A stretch of DNA of 64,000 nt, from NCBI GenBank assembly GCA_963729715.1, contig CAVSPA010000004.1, positions 384,001 to 448,000 on the forward strand, given 5' to 3'. This document shows positions 1 through 10,609 of the stretch, piece after piece. This DNA is from an uncultured delta proteobacterium. GTDB lineage: Bacteria; Desulfobacterota; Syntrophia; Syntrophales; UBA2185. Positions within the stretch are counted from its first letter, which is position 1. Each line of letters begins with the position of its first letter. The notes under the pieces are model-generated. The model saw nothing but the letters and a program-made list of their open reading frames with translations, made no database searches and was not told the DNA's origin. The translations under genes were made by a program, and so were the position numbers.

Positions 1-178
1 CCTCGTATTCAACCGCACGGTTACATTGCGCGATGCCTGGGCTAAGATTACGGAGAAAGGGAAGTAACGGTAGACAGGATACAATCAGAATTTCGCTGTG
101 TCTGACAAGAATCGCGTCCTCCAATGATTTGGCGGCGGTTCTTTTCTTTTAACAGATATTATTGTAAATACCTGACAC

Positions 179-556
179 CTAACTTCGTGTGACATCGCCT
201 CTTTGATCGACGGTATAGGTCGAACTGCCGCCGCTGTGGATTGCCTGCAATGTGAAGTCAACTATCGTGCCTGAGCCGCCTAATATCAATATTATGCTTA
301 CATTAGCATTATATCCATAGCTCGAGAGAAGATTCACCGAAACCGTTCCCCCCGGTGAAACGCTGAAGAATGCCTGTGAAGCCGTGTATGCGCTTTTCAC
401 GGCCATGTTCGCTGATACGTTGTAGGCCCTTGTTCTGTATGCCACGAACTGCGGTATGGCAATGGCTGCTAGGAGGCTGAGGATAAGAACAACAAATAAC
501 AACTCGATGGTAGTGAAGCCTCTCTGGCTTCTCTTCTTGTAATATCCCCGGATCAT
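179..556 (-). CDS. Type IV pilin-like protein (prepilin N-terminal cleavage/methylation domain)
   Basis: Class III signal motif QRG|FTTIELLFVVLILSLLAAIAIPQF. Confidence 0.85.
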   Translation of the reverse strand: MIRGYYKKRSQRGFTTIELLFVVLILSLLAAIAIPQFVAYRTRAYNVSANMAVKSAYTASQAFFSVSPGGTVSVNLLSSYGYNANVSIILILGGSGTIVDFTLQAIHSGGSSTYTVDQRGDVTRS

Positions 557-587
557 TTTATCCTCTTGCGCGCTCCGAACCGCTCAT

Positions 588-1241
588 TCAGGCCTTCCAC
601 TCGTCCTTCTTGGTAATATCGGGAATCCACTGCCAGTCTTTGCAATCGAAATAGTGTCGCCGCATGGGTAATCTTCTGCGGATATCCAATTCATTTCTGA
701 ATTCTATCTCAAGATCCATAGTTAATTGCTTCCTATAATTAGCTTCAGACGTTTCATTGATCATAGCCTCAATTGTCTTGCCTTTTTTTGCAAGGATATC
801 GGCGATTTCGAACCAGCCCTGACTAATTTGCTGGGGAAATATGTACCAGGTATTCTGACCGTTATAATCATCGCTGATATCAAACGACTCGCCATCGAGT
901 TGAAAATTGCACCAGACCTTTGCGCGAAGCATCAGGGTGGAGGGATTACCGATGAGGAACAGACTACGACCTCTGTCATTATCTTTCTGAGGGACAAGTG
1001 TCATTGAATAATAGGACTCTAAAATATGTTCCCGCTCCCACCTTGCGCGGGCCAAGGATGCAATCAAATTCGTGTCATATGCATAAATGATCAACGCAAT
1101 AAGTGTCAGGGTAAGAACCACGAACGTGGCAATATTCAAAATACTTTCATCAAAAATATATGCTGAACAATACGAGACATACGCCGCAACTATCAACATA
1201 ACAATAATGATTACCCGAAGAGTATATCTCTGCATCGACAA
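588..1241 (-). CDS. Hypothetical membrane protein (two N-terminal TM helices)
   Basis: 217-aa ORF with GGAGG RBS; hydrophobic N-terminus; no family recognised. Confidence 0.65.
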   Translation of the reverse strand: MSMQRYTLRVIIIVMLIVAAYVSYCSAYIFDESILNIATFVVLTLTLIALIIYAYDTNLIASLARARWEREHILESYYSMTLVPQKDNDRGRSLFLIGNPSTLMLRAKVWCNFQLDGESFDISDDYNGQNTWYIFPQQISQGWFEIADILAKKGKTIEAMINETSEANYRKQLTMDLEIEFRNELDIRRRLPMRRHYFDCKDWQWIPDITKKDEWKA

Positions 1242-1678
1242 TAAACCTCCCTACCGCTATTGTTTGCTATAAACGGGAACTCTGATTACGCGCCATGCGA
1301 ACCGCCCCACTGTCTTTATGGATATAGCAAAGTGCCTTCGCCTCAAGAAGCTTTCCTTCCGGTGGGAAGTACGCCTATACCACCTTGCCACGGAGTATAT
1401 ATCCGATTTGAATCTTCTCATCAATAAAATAATCATAATTATAACTGTGAGATATAACATTCAATATAATACGGCATATTCATTTTGATCTGTAAACTGA
1501 AGACGCGAACATTTCCTCAGACATGAAATACTGCCTGTGAACGCTGTTTGATAAATTGCAGCGCAATGAAATGAATGAAGGAATAATATTAAAAAGCTCG
1601 ATTAGTCGGAGAATCGGTTAAATTGAATTTTTCTTGGTCATACGGGACAGGGTGAGACAGCTATTTATCCGGTTCATT

Positions 1679-1752
1679 TGGCTGGGAGACCAGGATTCGA
1701 ACCTGGATATACGGAGTCAGAGTCCGTTGTCCTACCATTGAACGATCCCCCA
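1679..1752 (-). tRNA. tRNA-Gln (anticodon CTG)
   Basis: Reverse complement TGGGGGATCGTTCAATGGTAGGACAACGGACT-CTG-ACTCCGTATATCCAGGTTCGAATCCTGGTCTCCCAGCCA; cloverleaf, T-loop GTTCGAATC, CCA end. Confidence 0.95.
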
Positions 1753-2136
1753 GCAGTTTCGGTCCGTAATTCTATTTCGTCAACTGGGATAGGAAGCCTT
1801 CCTTCCCTTCCTGACATTTGTAGATTAAGGATGTCATCGCGATCACGACACGGTTCATGATGCCACTGGCGCGTCTAATAGCACTAAAGACGCTCATTAT
1901 CAATAAAAATTTTTCTCCGCTCCCTAACGAAAATACGACAGGGTGGCCTTTGTGTCTTCCCGAAAGAACCCTCTGCAGTTGGTCCGTTCTATCTCGCAAT
2001 TCACTGCTGCAAAAAGTCATTGAGTCCGTTGTATACTTAATCTAAACTTAGAAATACTCATTCGCGAGATTGACCTCGAATTTTTGATTTGTCGAGCCCT
2101 AGAACAGCAGATAGCCATTAACACCTTACCTTGCTC

Positions 2137-2421
2137 ATGACATTATGCCACAAATGCAAAAAAGAAATTGATGTTCCCAAAACAGTAGGACGGAAAGACA
2201 TCTGCCCTCTATGCCGGGCGGATCTTCGCTGCTGCCTCAACTGCCGCCACCATGACCTGAAGTATTACAATCAGTGCCGTGAGTCCCAGGCGGAAGGGGT
2301 CCTTGCTAAGGATCGAGCCAACTTCTGCGATTACTTCAAATTCAAAGATAGCGCCTCAGAAGGAACCGTAAAAGGCGATAAGGGCTCGGCGAGAAAGAAA
2401 CTCGATGATCTTTTCAAATAG
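2137..2421 (+). CDS. Small Cys-rich (zinc-binding) hypothetical protein
   Basis: CHKC...CPLC...CCLNC...C...ANFCDYF pattern; ATG at 2137. Confidence 0.7.
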   Translation: MTLCHKCKKEIDVPKTVGRKDICPLCRADLRCCLNCRHHDLKYYNQCRESQAEGVLAKDRANFCDYFKFKDSASEGTVKGDKGSARKKLDDLFK

Positions 2422-2477
2422 GATGGGCGCCCCGCCGACGCGAAAACAGGTAGATTCTCGCAGAACTGTCGAGGCAG

Positions 2478-2493
2478 ATTGACATAAGTCAAT
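2478..2493. promoter_or_regulatory. Crp/Fnr-family (HcpR-like) operator upstream of hcp
   Basis: Palindrome ATTGAC-ATAA-GTCAAT about 90 bp before hcp; TTGAC-N4-GTCAA is the described deltaproteobacterial HcpR-type motif. Confidence 0.65.
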
Positions 2494-2579
2494 GACCGAT
2501 GAAAATGTTTGTGCCATACTTGATCATATTCCGGTTCTTTCTCTCAACCAAATGACAAATCTTTTAAAGGAGACCCACT

Positions 2580-4209
2580 ATATTTTGCTACCAATGTGAA
2601 CAAGCGACGGAAGGTGAGGCGTGTACCAAGGCCGGCGTCTGCGGCAAGCAGGCAGACGTGGCTGCATTACAGGACCTATTGACATATGCACTGACAGGGC
2701 TTTCTCTCGTTACCATCGAAGGGAGGAAGGTTGGCATCGCAGACCGTGACATCGATGTGTTTATCTGCGGCTCTCTTTTTGCCACGCTAACCAATGTCAA
2801 CTTTGATCCCGAACGATTTACAAACCTTAGCCGGCGTTGCGTTCAATACAGAGATGCCTCCTTATCAAGGTCAAGGGGGCTGGCGGCAATGTCCATTTCG
2901 CACACGATCCCGTGCGTTTCAAACCCGCCGGAACCACCGATAAACTGGTCTCCCAGGGCGAGAAAACAGGTTTGAAATCGTATCCGGCCGCGAGCGATGA
3001 TGTTCTCTCCCTCAAGCACATAGCCCTCTTCGGCATACGCGGAATTGCGGCCTATGCCGATCATGCTGCGATTCTCGGCAAGGAGGATGCTGCGTTATAT
3101 GCGTTTATGCAGGAAGGGTTGGTCCAGCTTGTAAATGAAAATATGACACTCGACGAAGCAATCAATCTGGTTCTCAAGTGCGGCGAGATGAATCTCAGGG
3201 CAATGGAACTCCTTGATGCCGCACATACAGGCACCTATGGTCATCCTGTCCCGACCAAGGTTCCCCTTGGCTCAAAGAAGGGCAAGGCTATCCTTGTCTC
3301 GGGGCATGATCTTAAAGACTTGGAAGAGCTCCTGAAGCAGACTGCAGGAAAGGGCATCTATGTGTACGCGCACGGAGAGATGCTCCCATCGCACGGCTAT
3401 CCGGACCTCAAAAGCTACGAACATTTCTACGGGCACTATGGTACGGCCTGGCAGAATCAGGCAAAGGAGTTTGGCGAATTTCCCGGAGCCATCCTCATGA
3501 CGACGAACTGCATCCAGAGGCCGCAGTCATCATATTTGTCGAATATCTTTACTTCCGGCCAGGTAGGTTGGCCCAATGTCAGCCATATTACAAACCGTGA
3601 TTTCACAGCGGTGATCAAAAAAGCTCTCGAACTTCCCGGCTTCGCCGCCGATACGGGCAGAGGATCTGTCACCGTGGGCTTCGGCAGGAATGCCATACTG
3701 AGTGTTGCCGATAAGATCATTGAAGCCGTCAAGAATAAGAGAGTATCCGCAATTTCTTCCTAGTCGCCGGGTGCGACGGCGCAAAGCCGGGCCGCAACTA
3801 TTACACAAAGTTTGCCGAGCTGATTCCGAAGGATTGCGTGGTCCTTACACTCGCCTGTGGAAAGTTTCGCTTTTTTGATAAAGACCTGGGAGACATTGCA
3901 GGGATTCCGAGATTGATCGACGTCGGACAGTGCAACGACGCCTATTCAGCGATTCAGGTCGCCGTGGCTCTTTCCAAGGCGTTTGGCGTCGGTGTAAACG
4001 AGCTGCCACTTTCTATGGTGCTCTCGTGGTACGAGCAGAAGGCTGTCGCCATTCTCCTGACACTGCTCGCCCTCGGCATAAAGGATATTCGCCTGGGTCC
4101 GTCGCTTCCGGAGTTCACCTCACCTAATGTTCGTGATTTTCTCGTAAAGACGTTCGATCTCAAACCTATCACAACGCCGGAGGCGGATTTGAAGGCCATC
4201 CTCGGTTAA
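2580..4209 (+). pseudogene. hcp: Hybrid cluster protein / hydroxylamine reductase, inactivated
   Basis: (I)FCYQCEQ..CTKAGVCGK N-terminus begins with ATA after AAGGAG; frameshifts near 2858 and near 3740; motifs [32 protein letters not shown] lie in three frames. Confidence 0.9.
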
Positions 4210-4368
4210 GACGCTAACTTGCTTCAGCCATATCATTGCCTGCGATTTCTCTCGGCCGTCTGCGCGCACTCTCTGTGCACACACACCATGGCGTCGTTGA
4301 CAAATCCCACGGCATCAAAATTCACCCAAGCATCAGTAGCTCGATTTCGACATGGACCGCAGGACACA

Positions 4369-4947
4369 TCAGTCGAGTGAACCGACCTCTTCATACCGGA
4401 AACAATCCACGAGATGATCATTGACCATCCCCACTGCCTGCATGAAAGCATAGCAGACAGTCGGACCTGCGAATTTAAACCCGTACCGTTGCAGATCCTC
4501 ACTCAGGGCCTTGGATTCGCCTGTCTGGGCCGGAATATCATCCCCTGATCGATATTGATTCTGCTTCGGTCGGCCGCCAACGAATCTCCAGACATATTCC
4601 TTAAAACTGCCGAACTCCTTCTGCAGAGTGAGGAACGACTTTGCATTCGCGATTGCCGCCTCAATCTTCAGCCTATTTCGTATGATGTTCTCATCCGCAA
4701 GCAGCTTGCGGACCTTGCTTTTTCTATAAACTGCAACTGCGGAGGGATCAAAGTTATCAAAAGCAGCACGGAAGCTTGCCCGCTTTTTCAAAACAGTTTC
4801 CCAACTCAGGCCTGCCTGCATGCCCTCGAGGATAAGAAACTCAAATAGGACTCGATCATCATGAATCGGCACACCCCATTCAAGATCGTGATAGTCTATA
4901 AGTGCTGCGGTATCAGCCCACTCACAACGGTGACTTTTCACAGGCAT
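4369..4947 (-). CDS. tag: DNA-3-methyladenine glycosylase I
   Basis: RCEWA..YHDLEWGVP, LEGMQAGLSW, IIRNRLKI, GFKFAGPT..YAFMQAVGMVNDH..C. Confidence 0.93.
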   Translation of the reverse strand: MPVKSHRCEWADTAALIDYHDLEWGVPIHDDRVLFEFLILEGMQAGLSWETVLKKRASFRAAFDNFDPSAVAVYRKSKVRKLLADENIIRNRLKIEAAIANAKSFLTLQKEFGSFKEYVWRFVGGRPKQNQYRSGDDIPAQTGESKALSEDLQRYGFKFAGPTVCYAFMQAVGMVNDHLVDCFRYEEVGSLD

Positions 4948-5266
4948 CCTCCAAGCTGTCAGGCCGGCCTCTATTACTTCCACCCGATGAACCGAAGTCG
5001 CAAATCACTGTTAAGAATAATTCGTCTGTTTGTCAATAGTGAATATATTGTTAAATACAAATCGCGCGCGAATCCAACCTGGATTTCACATCTACAGAAA
5101 TATGTTGTAGAAGAATGAGAAAGGGGGTAAATAGTAGAGCAACGGAAAAGATGAATAACAGGATTTCCCCCTTCGGTCTAAATTCCGGCAGTATCGTGAA
5201 TTACTAATATCTCTCTCGGAATCTACCTCCAGCAAACCAACGGGCGCGAAATGACACGGAGCTCCT

Positions 5267-7630
5267 ATGCCCACTTTGACGATCAAAGAACTGCTGTCCC
5301 GGAAGGAAAATGACCGGCGCTTCATGGAAAACGTGCGGGCGATGAAGAAGCTGCCCGCATTTGAGGGCAAGTTCTCTCCCTTCCCCGATTGGGTTCACCC
5401 GAGCATTCAATCCGTCCTCAAGGCAAGAGGAATATATCAACTTTACAGCCACCAGGCCGAGGCGGTGCATCTGGTGGGAAAAGGCCGTGATGTGGTGATC
5501 ATCACCCCGACAGCGAGCGGAAAGACCCTCTGTTACAACATTCCCGTTCTCCACAAAATCATTGAAGAACCGGAATCACGCGCCATCTACATCTTTCCCA
5601 CTAAGGCCCTCGCCCAGGACCAGATGCAGGAGGTGCACAGTCTGATCACCGCCCTCCGGGCGGACATAAAGACATATACCTACGACGGCGACACACCGGA
5701 CGATGCCCGGCAGGCCATACGCAAGCAGGGACATGTAGTGGTCACGAATCCGGACATGCTCCATGCGGGAATACTGCCCCACCACACCAAATGGCAGAAG
5801 CTTTTTGCAAATCTCAAATACATAGTTATAGACGAGCTTCACGTTTACAGAGGGGTATTCGGCTCACATTTTACAAACGTTATCAGGCGCCTCGTCAGGA
5901 TTTGCCGTTTTTACGGCCGGGAACCTGTCTTCATCTGCTGTTCGGCAACGGTGGCGAACCCCAAAGAACATTCTGAGCGTCTACTGGAGCGGTCCGTGGA
6001 ATTGATCGACAAGAGCGGCGCTCCGACGGCTGCGAAGACGTTTATCATGTACAATCCGCCCATCGTCAATCGTGAGCTGGGAATCCGTCAATCTGCAATG
6101 ACACCGGCGAGAAAGCTGGCAACAGAACTTATCCAAAATGAAATCCAGACTATCGTATTTACCACGAGCCGCCTCACTGTCGAGATACTCACAAAGTATC
6201 TCAAGGATCAATTTGCCAAAGGGAAGGCTCTCGATACACACTTTGTTACGGGCTACCGGGGCGGTTATCTGCCCAATCTACGGAGGGAGATAGAACAGGG
6301 ACTCCGCGACCGCGAGGTAATGGGCGTGGTTTGCACTAACGCCCTCGAGCTCGGAATCGACATCGGCGACCTGGAATCATGCATAATGGTGGGGTATCCC
6401 GGTTCTATCGCGAGCACGTGGCAGCAGGCAGGCCGTGCCGGAAGACGGATGGGGCACAGCTTGGCCATACTCATTGCCCGGAGTAACCCGATGGATCAGT
6501 TCATCGTGGAGAACCCGGACTACTTCTTTTCCCGGTCACCGGAGCACTGCCGCGTCAATCCCGAAAATCTCCTGATACTCCTTCACCACCTGAAGAGCGC
6601 CGCCTTTGAACTTCCCTTCGAGAAAGGAGAACGCTTCGGGAACGAAAATCTTGAAGAGCTCCTTAACTATCTTGAAGAGAAAGGCGTCCTGCACAAGGTG
6701 GATGACCGCTGGCACTGGACGGCGGAAAGCTATCCCGCGGATGAAGTGAGCCTCCGGAGCATCAATCCTGAAAATGTCGTGGTCGTGGACGCCACGGAAG
6801 CAGGGGCGCATAAAGTTATCGCCGAGATAGACTGGGACAGCGCCTTTTCCATGGTTCATGACGATGCCATCTACATGGTAGAATCACAGCAGTTCTATGT
6901 AGACAAGCTCGATCTCGAACGGAAGACCGCGTTTGTACACAAGGTCGATGTGGATTATTACACCGATGCCATGACGTACACAAATGTCCGGGTCATCGAC
7001 AGCTTTTCCCAGAAATACCGGCAAAAGATCATCGTTGAACATGGCGAAGTGCAAGTGGTGCGAAAGATTGTGGGGTATAAGAAGATTAAATTTTACACGT
7101 CGGAGAATCTTGGCTACGGGGATGTGACACTGCCGGAAAGAGATATGCACACGACGAGCTACTGGTTCACCATTCCCAGGGATATGCTCAACGGTCTCTC
7201 CTACGCGCAGTCGGAGATAATTGACGGACTTGCTGGCCTAGCTTACAGCCTTCATCACCTTGCATCGATGCTCCTTATGTCAGACGCGCACGATATTGAC
7301 AGATGCATCGGCGACAAGAGCGGTGAATGGTTTGTCCGCCATGGAGCCGGATCGCGTTACATTACAACTTCGCCTCAAAGCGCCAAAAATGCAACAGGCG
7401 TGATGGCGGACGCCTTTGACCCAACTGTGTTTATCTTTGATGCCTATCCGGGCGGGATCGGTTTTTCGGACCTTCTCTATCAAGAGCATGATCGCCTGCT
7501 TGCCTCAGCACTGAGCCTCATTCGGAGCTGTCCTTGCAGACACGGCTGTCCAAGTTGTGTGGGACCTACACTCGAGGTAGGTCCTACTGCCAAGGAAACG
7601 GTCCTTGCCATACTTGATTTGATTATCTAG
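5267..7630 (-). other. Antisense strand of the helicase gene: several short shadow ORFs, no credible genes
   Basis: Fully overlapped by the + strand helicase. Confidence 0.3.
5267..7630 (+). CDS. DEAD/DEAH helicase with C-terminal DUF1998 zinc site (MrfA/YprA family)
   Basis: TPTASGKT, PTKALAQDQ, DELHVYRG, ALELGIDIG, QQAGRAGR, CPCRHGCPSC. Confidence 0.92.
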   Translation: MPTLTIKELLSRKENDRRFMENVRAMKKLPAFEGKFSPFPDWVHPSIQSVLKARGIYQLYSHQAEAVHLVGKGRDVVIITPTASGKTLCYNIPVLHKIIEEPESRAIYIFPTKALAQDQMQEVHSLITALRADIKTYTYDGDTPDDARQAIRKQGHVVVTNPDMLHAGILPHHTKWQKLFANLKYIVIDELHVYRGVFGSHFTNVIRRLVRICRFYGREPVFICCSATVANPKEHSERLLERSVELIDKSGAPTAAKTFIMYNPPIVNRELGIRQSAMTPARKLATELIQNEIQTIVFTTSRLTVEILTKYLKDQFAKGKALDTHFVTGYRGGYLPNLRREIEQGLRDREVMGVVCTNALELGIDIGDLESCIMVGYPGSIASTWQQAGRAGRRMGHSLAILIARSNPMDQFIVENPDYFFSRSPEHCRVNPENLLILLHHLKSAAFELPFEKGERFGNENLEELLNYLEEKGVLHKVDDRWHWTAESYPADEVSLRSINPENVVVVDATEAGAHKVIAEIDWDSAFSMVHDDAIYMVESQQFYVDKLDLERKTAFVHKVDVDYYTDAMTYTNVRVIDSFSQKYRQKIIVEHGEVQVVRKIVGYKKIKFYTSENLGYGDVTLPERDMHTTSYWFTIPRDMLNGLSYAQSEIIDGLAGLAYSLHHLASMLLMSDAHDIDRCIGDKSGEWFVRHGAGSRYITTSPQSAKNATGVMADAFDPTVFIFDAYPGGIGFSDLLYQEHDRLLASALSLIRSCPCRHGCPSCVGPTLEVGPTAKETVLAILDLII

Positions 7631-7635
7631 AAGAC

Positions 7636-8943
7636 ATGAGCACAATCAAACGGCTACAGCGCCTGACAGGCGAGAACTCACCCAAGCAAAAGAAATCCCC
7701 AAGGGCTGATGAGATCAGCGAACTACGGAGGCGCATCGAAGCCATCACATCGCGGCGGCCCGCGGGTACGCAGAAAGCCGCTCCCAGGCTGTATGAAAGC
7801 CGCCTCCCTCTTCAGGACGCGATTCGAGGCGATGAGGTTGCCAACGCCTTTGGAAAATTATTCATCGTCCATGCGCACTATGCGGGTTCATCGAAGCACG
7901 GAAACCGCAGTATCAGAGAAATGGCGGCCCTCGATATGAAGGCCGCGGCGATTCTCGCCAATGACGCCGATATCGCTTCGTTCGACTGCAAAGATGCCCT
8001 ATTTCTTGACACAGAAACCACCGGACTGGCAGGCGGGACAGGCACGTTTGCTTTTCTCATCGGTCTCGGTTGGTTTGAAGCTGGCACATTCCGTACGCAA
8101 CAGCTATTTGCCCGTGATTTCTCCGAAGAAAAGGCCTGTCTCCACTTTCTGCTCGAAGTGGCGCAAGACAAGAGCTTTCTCGTAACCTACAATGGCAAGA
8201 CCTTCGATGTTGGTCTTCTATCTACGCGCTTCATCCTTAACCGTCTGCCTGACGGCCTGACAGCCATGCCCCATCTCGATCTCCTTCACCCGGCCCGTCG
8301 CCTCTTCGGGCATCGACTTGAAAATAATCGTCTCTCCACCATGGAGAAAGATATCATTGGATTTCATCGTTACGACGATATACCGGGAAGTGAGATTCCT
8401 CAGCGCTACTTCGATTGGCTTAGATACCGCGATGCCCACCTCTTGGCCGATATCTTTGAACACAACCGCCTTGACGTCGTTTCCATGGCGGCCCTTTCGG
8501 TTCACCTTGCGGAATTGTTGGACTCCAAACCCGATATCGTACGGAACGAACATGCTGACCTTCTGGCGGCGGCGCGCCTCCTCGTTGACCGCGGGGACCA
8601 GTCAGGCGCACGGACCATCCTCGAAGCACTATCAGAGTCAGATAACCCCCGCGCAGCCGATGAAGCAAGGAGAAGCCTTTCCCTAATCCACAAACGCCAC
8701 GGGCGCTGGAAAGACGCCATCCAGATATGGGAAACAATGCTTCTCAACAATGCCGGTAACTTTTTTGCCGTGGAAGAAATGGCTAAATATCTCGAGCATA
8801 GACGGCGTGATTTTAAGAAAGCTATCGAGATAATAAACGAAGCTCTCAGCCTTCCCCATCCTCGAACAGCGTTGGAAAGGGATGCATTGTTTTACCGCCT
8901 CAGGCGCCTTCAGGGCCGTGCCTCCTGCCTTACTGGCGAATAG
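7636..8943 (+). CDS. RNase H-like (DEDD) exonuclease with TPR C-terminus (MrfB/YprB family)
   Basis: LFLDTETTGL, LVTYNGKTFD, HLDLLH, HNRLDV; directly downstream of the MrfA-like helicase. Confidence 0.88.
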   Translation: MSTIKRLQRLTGENSPKQKKSPRADEISELRRRIEAITSRRPAGTQKAAPRLYESRLPLQDAIRGDEVANAFGKLFIVHAHYAGSSKHGNRSIREMAALDMKAAAILANDADIASFDCKDALFLDTETTGLAGGTGTFAFLIGLGWFEAGTFRTQQLFARDFSEEKACLHFLLEVAQDKSFLVTYNGKTFDVGLLSTRFILNRLPDGLTAMPHLDLLHPARRLFGHRLENNRLSTMEKDIIGFHRYDDIPGSEIPQRYFDWLRYRDAHLLADIFEHNRLDVVSMAALSVHLAELLDSKPDIVRNEHADLLAAARLLVDRGDQSGARTILEALSESDNPRAADEARRSLSLIHKRHGRWKDAIQIWETMLLNNAGNFFAVEEMAKYLEHRRRDFKKAIEIINEALSLPHPRTALERDALFYRLRRLQGRASCLTGE

Positions 8944-9092
8944 AACAGTAATTCGCGGAAATTCCGCATATTTTTAATCGATTATTATTGACAAATAAAT
9001 GACAAGCGCTTAGATTATACCCAATTTCTATGTCGTGTTTAGAGATCCGCTTTGCAACGTAGGCAGTCTCAAACAATAATGCATCTCGGGGT

Positions 9093-9392
9093 ATGATAGT
9101 GAGCAAATTGATAAACACCTACAGGTGTAAGAAAAAGGGGCATTTAATATCAGAGGCCTGCCAGGATGCGACCTGCGAATGGCGGCTTAAGAACGAAACT
9201 TTTTTGAACTGTACATGGGTTGCTTGCAATTATGGACCTTTTACACTTGAGGAAGTAGGTGAGATGATGGGTGTAACCCGTGAGAGAATAAGGCAAATAG
9301 AAGCAAAAGCTCTCAAGAAACTGCAACACAAGAAAAGAAGGGAACAACTGAAGGATTTTGCGTCACCGGATAGTGACTGGGATTTTATATAA
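9093..9392 (+). CDS. Stand-alone sigma-70 region 4 protein with Cys-rich N-terminus
   Basis: [27 protein letters not shown], an RpoD-like region 4.2. Confidence 0.8.
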   Translation: MIVSKLINTYRCKKKGHLISEACQDATCEWRLKNETFLNCTWVACNYGPFTLEEVGEMMGVTRERIRQIEAKALKKLQHKKRREQLKDFASPDSDWDFI

Positions 9393-9401
9393 GCTCGCAG
9401 T

Positions 9402-9686
9402 TCACCTATATCGATTTACCATGTCATTGAGATCTTTACCAACCTTAAAGAAAGGCACTTTTCTCGCGGGAAGGTTTACCGCAACGGAGGTTTTCGGATT
9501 TCTGCCCTGGATCTGTCTCCGGTTTCTCACCGTGAAATTTCCGAAGCCCCTGATCTCTATCCGTTCACCTCTCTTCAGGGCGCCGCTCATTGCTTCGAAA
9601 ATAAGATAAACCACGTAGCTTATATCTTTGGGAGGATATTCCCCAACTTTTTCCTGAACCCTCTTCACCAGATCTTTCTTTGTCAT
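9402..9686 (-). CDS. ihfB: Integration host factor beta subunit
   Basis: RIEIRGFGNF, GRNPKT, VPFFKVGK; downstream of rpsA-sppA. Confidence 0.85.
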   Translation of the reverse strand: MTKKDLVKRVQEKVGEYPPKDISYVVYLIFEAMSGALKRGERIEIRGFGNFTVRNRRQIQGRNPKTSVAVNLPARKVPFFKVGKDLNDMVNRYR

Positions 9687-9697
9687 AAAACAGCGCT

Positions 9698-10600
9698 CTA
9701 ATTGTAATCCGCAATCGGCGAATAATACAGAATGCCATTGAACTGCTCTGCTTTTCCACGCATCTGAAGCTCAAGGGCCGTAAACATCTCCCGAAAAAAA
9801 TAATCCCAGAATCTTAATCCTTTTTTCTTTGGGTATATGACCTCAGGCTTCCCCTTTATTCCGGAGATCTCGCCGGCAAGCGCCACGGCATATCCCATGT
9901 CACCCAAATAGTCGACGAGACCCAATTTCTGAGCCTGTCTTCCCGTAAAAATCCTCCCATCAGCGATCTTTCGCAGGTTCTCCTTGGGGATTTTTCTGTC
10001 GCGGGCCACCATATCAAGAAACTGATCGTATATATCATCAACCAGTTCTTGAATTAACGCCCTTTCTTCCGACGTCATCGCCCTTACCGGTGAGCCTATG
10101 TCTTTGAACTTTCCGCTCTTAACGACTGATGCTTTAAGGCCCAACTTCTTTAGCAGCTCCTCGGCATTGGCAAAGTGCATGACAGCGGAAATACTGCCCG
10201 TAATAGTTCCCGGATTGGCTACAATCTTATCCGTGGCACAGGCAATCATATAACCTCCGGATGCTGCGAGAGACCCCATGGATGTTACAACTTTCTTCTT
10301 TTTTTTCAGTTCAATGACGGCCTGGTAGATCTCCTGCGAGGAAGCAACCCCTCCTCCAGGCGAATCAATTCTCAGCACAACTGCCTTGACGGCGTCGTCT
10401 TTGCCAAATTGATTCAATTGTTCGAGAACATCACGGGTATCGCCAATGAACCCTTCGACTTTTACGACGCCTACCTTGTTATCAACCGCAAATGAATGCC
10501 TGTCTTCCCTTGGCCACCCTAAAACATAAACCAGCAGAAAGAACACTATTACGATCAAAAATAAGAGAAAGAAGCCTAATATTACGGGGTGTTTTCTCAC
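9698..10600 (-). CDS. sppA: Signal peptide peptidase SppA (36K type)
   Basis: LRIDSPGG, AASGGYMIA, TGSI, KSGKFKD, DGRIFTG. Confidence 0.93.
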   Translation of the reverse strand: MRKHPVILGFFLLFLIVIVFFLLVYVLGWPREDRHSFAVDNKVGVVKVEGFIGDTRDVLEQLNQFGKDDAVKAVVLRIDSPGGGVASSQEIYQAVIELKKKKKVVTSMGSLAASGGYMIACATDKIVANPGTITGSISAVMHFANAEELLKKLGLKASVVKSGKFKDIGSPVRAMTSEERALIQELVDDIYDQFLDMVARDRKIPKENLRKIADGRIFTGRQAQKLGLVDYLGDMGYAVALAGEISGIKGKPEVIYPKKKGLRFWDYFFREMFTALELQMRGKAEQFNGILYYSPIADYN

Positions 10601-10609
10601 AGCTTGACA

